From assembly GCF_000009045.1 (NCBI RefSeq), contig NC_000964.3, positions 2,880,001 to 2,912,000 on the forward strand: a DNA stretch of 32,000 nt, read 5' to 3'. This DNA is from Bacillus subtilis subsp. subtilis str. 168 (GTDB lineage: Bacteria; Bacillota; Bacilli; Bacillales; Bacillaceae). Of this stretch, positions 11,020 through 23,216 are shown piece by piece. The number at the start of each line of letters is the position of its first letter. The stretch's first letter is position 1. Position numbers and translations under genes: made by a program. The notes beneath the pieces were generated by a model, which had not been told where the DNA came from, made no database searches, and saw only the letters and a program-made list of their open reading frames with translations.

Positions 11020-12117
11020 TCACACATTAGAAATTGTATTTTCACTCATGATTGCTGCCTTAACTTCCTCTGTAATGGCCTGAGTGCTGCTGAACTCTTC
11101 ACTCCGTGCCAAGTCTCTTGTTCTTTTTCCAGAAGCCAAGACTTTGTTTACCGCATCTTCTACAGCTTTCGCTTCCTCTTCAAGCCCGAAAGATGTTCTC
11201 AAAAGCATTGCCGCTGACAATATGGCTGCGAACGGATTTGCCATCCCTTTACCGGCAATATCAGGCGCGGAGCCATGAACAGGTTCAAACAGATGAAGGC
11301 CAGAGCTTGATAGGCTGGCTGACGGGAGCATTCCGAGCGAGCCTGTAAGCATGGACGCTTCATCGCTTAAAATATCACCGAACATATTTTCAGTCACCAC
11401 GACATCAAATTGATTCGGTGCATAAATTAGCTGCATGGCCGCGTTATCCACAAGCATGTGCTCAAGCTTCACATCAGGAAATTCTTGTGCAACGTCCTCA
11501 GCCACTTCACGCCACAGCCGGCTTGATTCAAGAACATTCGCTTTATCTACAGAGGTCACTTTGCCTTTTCTGGCTGCCGCCATTTTGAAGCCCTCTCTGA
11601 TCACTCGTTCAATTTCCGTTCGCTTATAAAACAGTGTATCTACTGCTTCCTGCTCACCTTCAGTGTTTACATAACGTTTGCTCGGCTGGCCGAAATACAA
11701 GCCGCCTGTGAGCTCACGAACGATAACGAAATCAACATTATCTATATATTCTTTTTTCAAAGGCGAAGCGTCAGAAAGGCTTTCAAATACCTTCACAGGC
11801 CGCAAATTCGCAAACAAATCAAGCTGTTTTCTGATGCTGAGCAGCCCTTTTTCCGGTCTCAGTTCCGAAGGATTTTGATCCCATTTCGGTCCGCCGACAG
11901 CACCAAGCAATATCGCGTCTGCATTTTTACAAGCAGCAACGGTTTCCTCCGGGAGGGGGTTATGATGTTCATCAATAGCCGCCCCTCCAATCAGGCCATA
12001 TTCAAATTCAAATTCATGGTTAAAGCGTTCGGCAACACTTTTCAGTACGTCTGTCGCTGATTCTAATACTTCAGGGCCGATCCCGTCTCCGGGCAATAGA
12101 GCAATACGTTTCTTCAA
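11020..12117 (-). CDS. leuB: 3-isopropylmalate dehydrogenase, 365 aa, TTG start
   Basis: LPGDGIGPEV, GGLYFGQPSKR, EPVHGSAPDIAGKGMANPFA motifs; TTG at 12117 with GAAAGGAG upstream. Confidence 0.97.
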   Translation of the reverse strand: MKKRIALLPGDGIGPEVLESATDVLKSVAERFNHEFEFEYGLIGGAAIDEHHNPLPEETVAACKNADAILLGAVGGPKWDQNPSELRPEKGLLSIRKQLDLFANLRPVKVFESLSDASPLKKEYIDNVDFVIVRELTGGLYFGQPSKRYVNTEGEQEAVDTLFYKRTEIERVIREGFKMAAARKGKVTSVDKANVLESSRLWREVAEDVAQEFPDVKLEHMLVDNAAMQLIYAPNQFDVVVTENMFGDILSDEASMLTGSLGMLPSASLSSSGLHLFEPVHGSAPDIAGKGMANPFAAILSAAMLLRTSFGLEEEAKAVEDAVNKVLASGKRTRDLARSEEFSSTQAITEEVKAAIMSENTISNV

Positions 12118-12137
12118 GTTAACCGTTCTCCTTTCTT

Positions 12138-15247
<3,110 letters not shown>

Positions 15248-15251
<4 letters not shown>

Positions 15252-16972
15252 GGTTTCACCCCCACCATTTCATGCAGCCCTTTCCCCGGAGCCACCATCG
15301 GGAATACTTTTTCTTCGCTGGCAACCCGCACGTCAATGACAACAGGTTCTCTTGATGTTAATGCCTCTTCCAGCTTTTCCTTTGCTTCCGCTTCTGATGA
15401 AATTCTGATGCCTTTAATGCCGTATGCTTCGGACAATTTGACGAAGTCAGGCTGAGAAGCGAATTTAGATTCTGAATAACGTTCTTCATAGAAAATTTCC
15501 TGCCACTGTCTGACCATTCCGAGACAAGCGTTATTTAAAATCACTACCTTGACCGGAAGATTTAATTCGCGAATAACATCGAGTTCTTGAAGCGTCATTT
15601 GGAATCCGCCGTCTCCGACAACCGCGACAACAGTAGCATCTTTTTCGGCCAGCTGTGCGCCGATCGCCGCCGGAAGACCGAATCCCATCGTTCCAAGTCC
15701 GCCTGACGTGACCCATTTATCTGCTTTTTGGAACGGATAAAATTGCGCTGACCACATTTGATGCTGGCCTACATCCGTTGCGACAATGGCCTCTCCTTTT
15801 GTAAATTGATGAATATATTCAATCAATTTCTGAGGTTTAAAACCTTCTTCTTCATTATCTACATACCAGAGCGGATACTCTTCTTTCCATTCTGCGAGCT
15901 GTTTTTTCCATTCGCTTGAATCGCTTTGTTTGCCGTCTTGTTTGATCAGCTCCTGCAGGACAATTTTGCTGTCTCCGACTACAGGAATCTGTGTTTTCAT
16001 GATTTTTCCGATTTCAGCTGGATCAATATCGATGTGGGCTATCTTTGCGTTTCTGGCAAAGTGTTTCAGGTTTCCTGTGACACGGTCATCAAAACGGGCG
16101 CCGATACTGATTAATAGATCACATTCATGAAGGGCCATATTGGCTGTATAAGTACCGTGCATTCCCGCCATCCCTAGGAAAAGCGGATGGTCAGCCGGGA
16201 AGCCTCCGAGCCCCAAAAGGGTGTGTGCCACAGGGATTTGCTGCTGTTCAGCATAATTTTTTAATTCTTCTGACGCTTTTCCGTGCAGTACGCCCGCACC
16301 CGCCAGGATCACCGGTTTTTTCGCACTGCTCACGGCTTCCACAAGCTTGCGGATCTGCAAATAATTCGGCTCTGTTGTCGGCTGGTATCCCGGGAGATTC
16401 ATCTCATGATCGTAGCTGAATTCTCCTTCAATTGTTGCTACATCTTTCGGAATATCAATCAATACAGGTCCGGGTCTTCCAGTTGTTGCAATATGGAACG
16501 CTTCTTTAATGATGCGCGGCAGATCTTCCGGCTGGCGAACCTGGTAGCTGTGTTTTGTTACTGGCATCGTAATCCCTAAAATGTCTGCTTCCTGAAATGC
16601 ATCGCTCCCGATTACAGAGGTTGCTACCTGCCCTGTAAAGACGACTAACGGCAATGAATCAATCATGGCATCAGCAAGGCCTGTAACAAGGTTTGTCGCT
16701 CCCGGCCCTGACGTGGCAATGACGACACCCGGTTTTCCGGAGACCCTTGCGTATCCCTCCGCTGCATGAATTGCTCCTTGTTCGTGACGGGGAAGGATAT
16801 GTACCAACCCTGAATTGTATAGCTTATCGTAAATCGGAAGCACAGCCCCGCCCGGATAACCGAAGATCATTTCTACTTTCTCTTTTTTTAATGATTCAAT
16901 CAGCATTAATGCTCCGCTCATCGTCTGTGTACATTCGGCAGATGCTGAATCCACCTGTACATTAGTCCCCAT
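15248..16972 (-). CDS. ilvB: Acetolactate synthase large subunit, 574 aa
   Basis: ThDP-enzyme motifs [29 protein letters not shown]-like region, [12 protein letters not shown]. Confidence 0.97.
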
Positions 16973-17042
16973 TTTAGTTCCTCCTTTTGGATTTTCATCC
17001 TTTAAAGATCATCTTTTCATTAGCTAGATAGCTGATTATTCA

Positions 17043-17117
17043 ATAAAAAAAGCCCTTCCGCCCACAATCAGCCGCGCAGTAACTGCGATAGCTAAAAGGG
17101 GCGAAAAGGCTTTTCTT
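17043..17117 (-). terminator. T-box regulated terminator
   Basis: Minus strand AAAAGCCTTTTCGCCCC...GGGCGGAAGGGCTTTTTTT. Confidence 0.85.
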
Positions 17118-17333
17118 TCCGCGGTACCACCCTTGTTTACGGCCTGTTAATCGGCCGTCTCATGGATATTTCTATCCGCTTTAGTAACGAGTGAATCAAG
17201 TTCACCCGGCCAAGTCCTACTGTCATTTCAGACTGGCACTCTGAGGCGAGTTCACCTTGTAAAGCTTCGCCGGTTCTCAGCTAACCCGGTTCTCTGTGGA
17301 AAACTTTATCAAGGCTACTTATCCTCATCTGCG
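17043..17333 (-). promoter_or_regulatory. T-box leader of ilvB-leuD with leucine (CUC) specifier
   Basis: T-box core AGGGTGGTACCGCG (17120-17133); stem I with AGTA motif (17316-17319); specifier loop UGAACUCG between paired CAAGG/CCUUG and CCUCA/UGAGG, CUC at 17248-17250. Confidence 0.93.
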
Positions 17334-17459
17334 CTTTTCATATTCAGCCTTCGGAACGGCTTTCCAGCTGTTCAAGAAGGTCGTTTGTTTTTCATTTTTT
17401 TAGAATCATACTGCGATGATTTTCGCTTGTGAAGCTTGCATTTATCTTTTGTTGAACTC

Positions 17460-17488
17460 ATATTACGCCGCTTTGGACGCAGTGTCAA
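17460..17488 (-). promoter_or_regulatory. Sigma-A promoter of the ilv-leu operon
   Basis: Minus strand TTGACA (17483-17488) - 17 nt - TAATAT (17460-17465). Confidence 0.85.
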
Positions 17489-17501
17489 CAGCATTTTTTA
17501 A

Positions 17502-17516
17502 AATTATTAGACAATT
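17502..17516 (-). promoter_or_regulatory. Candidate CodY box
   Basis: AATTGTCTAATAATT vs AATTTTCWGAAAATT (3 mismatches), 13 nt upstream of the -35. Confidence 0.5.
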
Positions 17517-17535
17517 TTGATTAATCAATCTATAT

Positions 17536-17550
17536 TGTATACGCTTTCAT
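17536..17550 (-). promoter_or_regulatory. Candidate CcpA cre site upstream of ilvB
   Basis: ATGAAAGCGTATACA matches WTGNAANCGNWNNCW with no mismatch. Confidence 0.75.
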
Positions 17551-17730
17551 TATTGGTACAAAAGGAATTGCAAATGTTAAAAGTTTTTATAATTTTTTTA
17601 TTAATCTATCAAGAATACACCAGAATTATTTAATTTTATATAAACATGGAAGATTTTATAACACGATATGGTTCGTATATGGATTGAGTCTGACAGATCA
17701 TCTTGCAATCCATTTCAATTTCGGATAGGC

Positions 17731-17758
17731 ACTTCTCTTGTTCCCTCGGCATACATTA
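17731..17758 (+). promoter_or_regulatory. Candidate sigma-K promoter of ysnD
   Basis: AC (17731-17732) - 17 nt - CATACATTA (17750-17758), matching CATANNNTA. Confidence 0.55.
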
Positions 17759-17787
17759 ATGATATCTTGCAAAGAAAAGGTGATACG

Positions 17788-18123
17788 ATGAATAAATCAT
17801 TTGCAGACATGCAAGGATTTCCTGCGGGCTTTCCAAGCTTCCCCAACTTTCCGCAGCAGTACTATCCTGCTGTCCCTCCCTTTTACCAGCAAAGCCAGCA
17901 GCCATTTGGAGGCTACGGATACGGACAGCCGTTCAGTCAGGCATACAGCCCGTTAACCACTCCCTCTGGAATGTACTCCTCATTCCCATACGCTTCAGGA
18001 TTTTACGGACAGCAATTTTCAGGTGCAGGCTTTAGCGGCCATGGCGGCAGCTTAAGTGCTCCAGCGATACATGCCGGCGGATTCAGCGGGGCGCCAGGCG
18101 TACACGGAGGCTTTAGATATTAA
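17788..18123 (+). CDS. ysnD: Small Pro/Gly/Tyr/Gln-rich protein, probable spore coat protein YsnD, 111 aa
   Basis: ATG at 17788 after AAAGAAAAGGTG; [49 protein letters not shown]... The upstream ORF-track extension (17668) is not plausible. Confidence 0.8.
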
Positions 18124-18133
18124 AGAATACCAC

Positions 18134-18166
18134 AAGGGCCGAACATCTATTGCGGTCCTTTTATTG
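18134..18166 (+). terminator. Terminator downstream of ysnD
   Basis: agggccg...cggtcctttt hairpin with T-run. Confidence 0.65.
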
Positions 18167-18291
18167 TTTTAAAACGACTTCACAAGTACAGTCACATTTT
18201 CTGTCTTTATATTTGGAAACAGGATGGAATATGATTAAGATGAATTGAACGATATTCTGCACAATCCGTAAGTTTTCGAGGAGGAATAAAA

Positions 18292-18747
18292 TTGCATATA
18301 AAAATAGACGATTTAACTGGACGTCAGGTGGTTTCACTGGTGAATGAGCATTTACATAGCATGACGCTTATGTCCCCGCCAGAAAGCATTCATGCCTTAG
18401 GTCTAGAAAAACTAAGAGGGCCTGAAATAACATTTTGGAGCGCATGGGAAGGTGATGAACTAGCTGGCTGCGGAGCGCTAAAAGAACTGGACACCCGGCA
18501 TGGAGAAATCAAATCAATGCGAACATCTGCATCACATTTAAGAAAAGGCGTTGCCAAACAAGTTCTCCAGCACATCATTGAAGAAGCCGAGAAGCGAGGC
18601 TATGAGCGGTTAAGCTTAGAAACGGGTTCAATGGCTTCATTTGAGCCGGCAAGAAAATTGTATGAAAGCTTCGGTTTCCAGTATTGTGAACCGTTTGCAG
18701 ACTACGGTGAAGATCCAAACAGTGTGTTTATGACGAAGAAATTGTGA
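18292..18747 (+). CDS. ysnE: GNAT-family N-acetyltransferase YsnE, 151 aa, TTG start
   Basis: RBS GAGGAGG before TTG; acetyl-CoA-binding pattern LRKGVAKQVLQHIIEEAEKRG. Confidence 0.88.
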   Translation: MHIKIDDLTGRQVVSLVNEHLHSMTLMSPPESIHALGLEKLRGPEITFWSAWEGDELAGCGALKELDTRHGEIKSMRTSASHLRKGVAKQVLQHIIEEAEKRGYERLSLETGSMASFEPARKLYESFGFQYCEPFADYGEDPNSVFMTKKL

Positions 18748-18760
18748 GACGGCTTTATAA

Positions 18761-18808
18761 GGATAGATAAGTGCAGGGGAAGGTCTGTCTTATCTATCTT
18801 TTTTTATA
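18761..18808 (+). terminator. Terminator downstream of ysnE
   Basis: gatagataag (18762-18771) / cttatctatc (18789-18798) then T-run. Confidence 0.8.
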
Positions 18809-18855
18809 TTCACACATTTTTCACCTTTATGATACACGCCAATGTTTTCAATTTT

Positions 18856-18880
18856 GTTTAATTCAAAGAACAGCGGGAAT
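18856..18880 (+). promoter_or_regulatory. Candidate sigma-B promoter of ysnF
   Basis: GTTTAA (18856-18861) - 13 nt - GGGAAT (18875-18880), near consensus GTTTAA-N12-15-GGGTAT. Confidence 0.7.
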
Positions 18881-18930
18881 TACAAACGACATGAACGATA
18901 TCATGCAAATTCATAAAGGAGGAGATTGAT

Positions 18931-19752
18931 ATGAAAAGCATAGTTGGTGTATATGAAACTCCGCAGGAAACCATCGCAGCGATTGAAGGCTTACTTACAA
19001 AAGGCTATGATTCTGATGACATTTCTGTTGTGACAAGCCGGCGAGATACAGATTATTTGGAGTCACGTACAGGAACAGAAGTCAATCAAGCTATCGATGC
19101 ACATCAGGACGAATCTGAATCTTTTTTCGATAAACTGAAAGATTATTTCACAATGGATGATACTGCTACACACAGCAAAGCATTATCCGACTTGGATATT
19201 AAAACTGATGAAATAGACAAGTATCAAGAAGATTTGGATGACGGAAAACTTCTGGTAGCCGTCGATACAGATGCAGATGTAATTGCTCCTATTGATAACG
19301 GCAATGCCCTTTCAGGCGGCTTTTCAAGCACAAATGAATTGGATTATACAACGAAAGAAGAAAAAACGATGCCGCTCCGGGAAGAACAGCTGAAGGTCGA
19401 TAAGGAAGACGTTCAAACCGGCGAAGTAGAAATAGGAAAAGAAGTGAAAACAGAAAAAAGAGATATGGACATTCCGGTGAGACATGATGAAATTTATGTC
19501 GAACGCCGTCCAGTGGATGAAAATAAAACGGACGCTGCTCCCGTCAACGATTCGGAAGAGATCAGAGTTCCAATCGTTGAGGAAAAGCTGGAAGTGACTA
19601 AAAAACCGGTTGTCACTGATGAAGTGGTTGTCGGCAAACGCACTGTTGAAGAAAATGAACATATTTCTGAAACTGTGAAAAAAGAAGAACCTCGTCTGAA
19701 TAAAGAAGGAAAAGTTGACGGCTTGGATGATGATCCGTTAAATAACAAATGA
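18931..19752 (+). CDS. ysnF: Stress-associated protein YsnF: N-terminal YflT-like domain plus DUF2382-type C-terminus, 273 aa
   Basis: MKSIVGVYETPQETIAAIEGLLTKGYDSDDISVVTSR; PLREEQLKVDKEDVQTGEVEIGKEVKTEKRDMDIPVRHDEIYVERRPV; AAAGGAGGAG RBS. Confidence 0.9.
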   Translation: MKSIVGVYETPQETIAAIEGLLTKGYDSDDISVVTSRRDTDYLESRTGTEVNQAIDAHQDESESFFDKLKDYFTMDDTATHSKALSDLDIKTDEIDKYQEDLDDGKLLVAVDTDADVIAPIDNGNALSGGFSSTNELDYTTKEEKTMPLREEQLKVDKEDVQTGEVEIGKEVKTEKRDMDIPVRHDEIYVERRPVDENKTDAAPVNDSEEIRVPIVEEKLEVTKKPVVTDEVVVGKRTVEENEHISETVKKEEPRLNKEGKVDGLDDDPLNNK

Positions 19753-19770
19753 AAATCATAGACCGACAAC

Positions 19771-19810
19771 AAAAAACCTCAAATCCTAAATGGATTTGAG
19801 GTTTTTCTTT
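19771..19810. terminator. Shared bidirectional terminator between ysnF and tRNA-Arg
   Basis: aaaaaacctcaaatcc taaa tggatttgaggttttt; A-run on one side, T-run on the other. Confidence 0.85.
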
Positions 19811-19815
19811 TGGTA

Positions 19816-19889
<74 letters not shown>

Positions 19890-20019
19890 ACGTTTTGTTT
19901 TTTTGTTTTTCGCTTTAACTATCAGCGACAAGATTTATTATATATGGGATGCAATAATAAGTCAACGGTTTTTTAGAATTTTTTTCATGAGGAAGAAAAT
20001 TTTCTTCCTCATGACATTT

Positions 20020-20529
20020 TCATAGTGTGACTCGATTTTGCAGATCCTCAATTTCATTGCCTGCTTGGTCGTAAAAACGGACTGTCGCAGCATCATTTTC
20101 TAATGTCAGTATAGCATAGCTTTCTGTCCTGCGCACCCTCGGAAGCCGGATGCTGCCTGGGTTAATCATCAGTTTTCCGCGCAGCACTTCGCTTCCCGCG
20201 ATGTGCGAATGCCCGAAGCAGATAACATCCGCCCCGAGCTCCTCTGCACGATAGTATACGTTTAACAAGGTCTGTTTTATACCGTGAAGGTGGCCGTGTG
20301 TGACTAGTATTTTTCTTGAGCCGGCAGTCAGAAGAAGCTCGTCCTTAAAATCGCCGGCAAAATCGCAATTGCCTTTTACAACCGCATAAGGCTCCAATGC
20401 AGGATGCCTCGTCTCAAGCTCAGAGTCCCCGCAATGAATCATGAGATCAACTTCTGCCTCATGCCGTTTCGCAATGGTTTGGAGTTCTTCTTCAAGCCCA
20501 TGGCTGTCACTGATAATCAGCACGTTCAT
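20020..20529 (-). CDS. ysnB: YfcE/MJ0936-family metallophosphoesterase YsnB
   Basis: MNVLIISDSHG...IHCGDSE...KGNCD...THGH...GHSH; ATG at 20529 chosen over TTG at 20535 on RBS spacing. Confidence 0.88.
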   Translation of the reverse strand: MNVLIISDSHGLEEELQTIAKRHEAEVDLMIHCGDSELETRHPALEPYAVVKGNCDFAGDFKDELLLTAGSRKILVTHGHLHGIKQTLLNVYYRAEELGADVICFGHSHIAGSEVLRGKLMINPGSIRLPRVRRTESYAILTLENDAATVRFYDQAGNEIEDLQNRVTL

Positions 20530-20544
20530 GTACAAGCTTCCTCC

Positions 20545-21141
20545 TTATGCCTCCAAAAGCTTAGACAGCTTTTTAAGCGCGTCAGCCCTATGGCTGATTT
20601 TATTTTTTTCATCACTTGTCAGTTCAGCCATCGTCTTATCTTTATCTTTCACGATAAAAATTGGGTCATAGCCAAAGCCATATTCTCCTCTCGGTTCTTC
20701 AGCAATATACCCTTCAACATGGCCTTCGACTGTTTTTGTTTCCTCTCCGGGAATACTCACGGCCAGTGCGCAGCGGAAACGGGCGGTGCGCTGTTCTTTT
20801 TCGATACCTTTCAGCTCGCTGAGCACTTTTTCGATATTTGCCTGGTCGTCTTTCTGTTCCCCTGCATAGCGGGCTGAATAAACCCCGGGTCTGCCGCCAA
20901 GATTATCGATGGATAGTCCGGAGTCATCCGCAATCACCATTTTGTTCACTGCTTTGGCAACAGCTTCCGCTTTCATAATGGCATTTTCTTCAAATGTATG
21001 GCCTGTTTCTTCAATTTCCTCTGTGAATCCAATTTCAGCTAAAGATTTGACATCATAGCCTCTTGGCTCAAGAATTTCTTTGAATTCCTTCACTTTTCCC
21101 GGATTATGTGTTGCAATAATTGCTTCTTTCATGATGATCAA
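20545..21141 (-). CDS. ysnA: XTP/dITP (non-canonical purine NTP) pyrophosphatase, RdgB/HAM1 family
   Basis: IIATHNPGKVKEFKEIL, DDSGLSIDNLGGRPGVYSARYAG. TTG at 21141 or ATG at 21132 could be the start. Confidence 0.92.
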   Translation of the reverse strand: MIIMKEAIIATHNPGKVKEFKEILEPRGYDVKSLAEIGFTEEIEETGHTFEENAIMKAEAVAKAVNKMVIADDSGLSIDNLGGRPGVYSARYAGEQKDDQANIEKVLSELKGIEKEQRTARFRCALAVSIPGEETKTVEGHVEGYIAEEPRGEYGFGYDPIFIVKDKDKTMAELTSDEKNKISHRADALKKLSKLLEA

Positions 21142-21153
21142 GCCTTTCTGTCT

Positions 21154-21891
21154 TTATTTCAGTTCTGGCAGAGAATCACCCAGCACTTCTTTTTGCTTGT
21201 CAATCAGCTCTTGGATTCCTTTTTCCGCAAGACCCAGAAGACCGTTCAGATCCTCTCTAGAAAAAGTTGCCTCTTCCCCGGTTCCCTGCAATTCCACAAA
21301 ACGGCCGCTGCCTGTCATGATGACATTCATGTCAACTTCAGCAGAGGAATCTTCTTCATAATTTAAATCTAACAAAATTCCCTGTTCCTTATCAATTCCA
21401 ACAGAGATTGCAGCAAGAAAATCAGTGATCGGATTTGTCTTGATTGTTCCTGCTTTGATCAGCTTGCCAATCGCAATCGCCATAGCAAGAAATGCGCCTG
21501 TAATGGAAGCTGTTCTAGTTCCTCCATCAGCTTGAATGACATCACAGTCAATCCAAATCGTCCGTTCACCGAGCTTTTCCAGATCTACAACAGCTCGAAG
21601 CGCGCGGCCGATCAGGCGTTGGATCTCCATTGTTCTGCCGGAAATTTTCCCCTTAGAAGATTCTCTGATTGTTCTTTGGTTTGTTGCCCGCGGCAGCATG
21701 CTGTACTCTGCTGTAATCCAGCCTTTCCCTCCGCCCCGCAAAAACGGCGGTACGCGGTCCTCAACAGACGCGTTGCAGATTACCTTTGTATTTCCCGCTG
21801 TTATTAGAACAGAACCTTCCGGATGGCTGATAAAATCCAAATCGAATGTGATTGGACGCAGCTCATCGTGTTGTCTTCCGTCATGTCTCAT
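21154..21891 (-). CDS. rph: Ribonuclease PH, 245 aa
   Basis: [16 protein letters not shown]..., [19 protein letters not shown] motif. Confidence 0.97.
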   Translation of the reverse strand: MRHDGRQHDELRPITFDLDFISHPEGSVLITAGNTKVICNASVEDRVPPFLRGGGKGWITAEYSMLPRATNQRTIRESSKGKISGRTMEIQRLIGRALRAVVDLEKLGERTIWIDCDVIQADGGTRTASITGAFLAMAIAIGKLIKAGTIKTNPITDFLAAISVGIDKEQGILLDLNYEEDSSAEVDMNVIMTGSGRFVELQGTGEEATFSREDLNGLLGLAEKGIQELIDKQKEVLGDSLPELK

Positions 21892-21943
21892 GTTTTACCT
21901 CCGATTGTATGTACATAAACCATTTTTGTCCCGGAATTGAATA

Positions 21944-21978
21944 AAGAAAGAGGCAGCCGGAACGCTAACCTCTTTCTT
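21944..21978 (-). terminator. Possible terminator downstream of gerM
   Basis: aagaaagagg/cctctttctt inverted repeat with 15-nt loop. Confidence 0.55.
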
Positions 21979-22001
21979 CCTAGTATATCAAAAATCCCAA
22001 T

Positions 22002-23102
22002 TTAAAAACTACCCGTATTCACTTGAGATGGTCTGGAGACCGGTTCTGTGAGCTTTTCGCCTTTTTCATTTACCAGCTCTGATTTTCCGTTCACTTTAAC
22101 AGAGACGCTTTTTACATCCGGCTGCTCCGTTAACGTCAGCACAATGCTGTTCAGCACTTCTGAAGAAATCATTTTCGTCTTCTCATCGGCGCTGCCGAAT
22201 ATAGATTGATTGAAATCCAACGTCACGCGCCCGTCTTTGATTTTCGGTTTGCTGACCAGCTTTACATCTTCACTGAAGTCTGTTAACAGCCCGCTCACCT
22301 TGCTCGGCCCTTTAGCCAATTCATTAATGGCTGCTGTGATGTCGTCTTTTTCCGAATTGTCGATTCGTTTGGTCACCGGCACGTAGTATTCACTGTCTTC
22401 ATTTTCCGCCAAATAGTAGACTGTCAGCGGATGGGTAGCAGTGAGATCATTTACACCGGCTGTTTCCAAATTAATGCCGTCTTTGCGGCTTAAATCATCT
22501 GAGATCGGCGTCCCTCCTACAGGCATCTCCTTCAGTTCATGCCCGTTTATTCTCAGCTTCACTTTATCTATCGAACTAAATTGCGTCAGCGTCCACGTCA
22601 CAGATTGAACGATTTTCTGTTCGTCTTCTTTCTTATAATTTTTGAACTCATTAGAGAAATCAGCTATCGCCGTTCCATCTTTTTTGATGTCAACGTTAAC
22701 GGTGGTGTCAGCCGGCAATACAGCTCTGAAGCCATTCGGAAGAATTTCAGACACAGGCCCGCCCTGTACGAGGTATTCAAGCGCCTGCTTAGCCGTGCTC
22801 TCACTTTTAGGAAGAGGCAGCGTTTGCGCAACAACATACCCGTTTTTATCAATGAGATAAAGCTCCCTCATAACAGTAGATGAGGCTTGATCCGCTTTTG
22901 CGGTATCGCTTTTTTCACTTTCTGTTTTTTTGGCTGCTGTTGTATTTGAATTGGCACCCGCTTCATCGTTCACGAATGTAACGTCTTGAGGCGGATCAAT
23001 TTCCTCGGCTGCCTTATCAGATTGAAACAAACCGCATCCGGATAAAAGCAAGGCAGAGGTGAGACAAGTGGCACCAATGACTGCAGGTCCTTTTTTCAGC
23101 AT
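22002..23102 (-). CDS. gerM: Germination/sporulation lipoprotein GerM with two GerMN domains, 366 aa
   Basis: Signal with lipobox LLSGCG; two related blocks (VVAQTLPLPKSESTAKQALEYLVQGG... and AITAAINELAKGP-type). Confidence 0.93.
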   Translation of the reverse strand: MLKKGPAVIGATCLTSALLLSGCGLFQSDKAAEEIDPPQDVTFVNDEAGANSNTTAAKKTESEKSDTAKADQASSTVMRELYLIDKNGYVVAQTLPLPKSESTAKQALEYLVQGGPVSEILPNGFRAVLPADTTVNVDIKKDGTAIADFSNEFKNYKKEDEQKIVQSVTWTLTQFSSIDKVKLRINGHELKEMPVGGTPISDDLSRKDGINLETAGVNDLTATHPLTVYYLAENEDSEYYVPVTKRIDNSEKDDITAAINELAKGPSKVSGLLTDFSEDVKLVSKPKIKDGRVTLDFNQSIFGSADEKTKMISSEVLNSIVLTLTEQPDVKSVSVKVNGKSELVNEKGEKLTEPVSRPSQVNTGSF

Positions 23103-23183
23103 ACTTTTCCCTCCTAAGGATGTTTGTACTATTATGTATACGAGCCTCTTTAGGAAATAGACCGAAGAATTCCGGCAAAACAG

Positions 23184-23212
23184 AAAAAAACCCGCAACAT
23201 ACCGTTGCGGGG
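23184..23212 (-). terminator. Terminator downstream of racE
   Basis: cccgcaac (23191-23198) / gttgcggg (23204-23211), T-run on minus. Confidence 0.85.
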
Positions 23213-23216
23213 AAAA

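Noticed and set aside
17668-17787. N-terminal extension of the 151-aa ORF in the track
   Set aside because: Contains the sigma-K-like promoter and SD for the downstream ATG at 17788; the mature ysnD starts there.
20404-20877. 157-aa plus-strand ORF antisense to ysnA/ysnB
   Set aside because: Cys/Phe-rich shadow ORF with no initiation signal.
21536-21940. 134-aa plus-strand ORF antisense to rph
   Set aside because: Opposite a highly conserved RNase PH sequence; composition is typical of a shadow frame.
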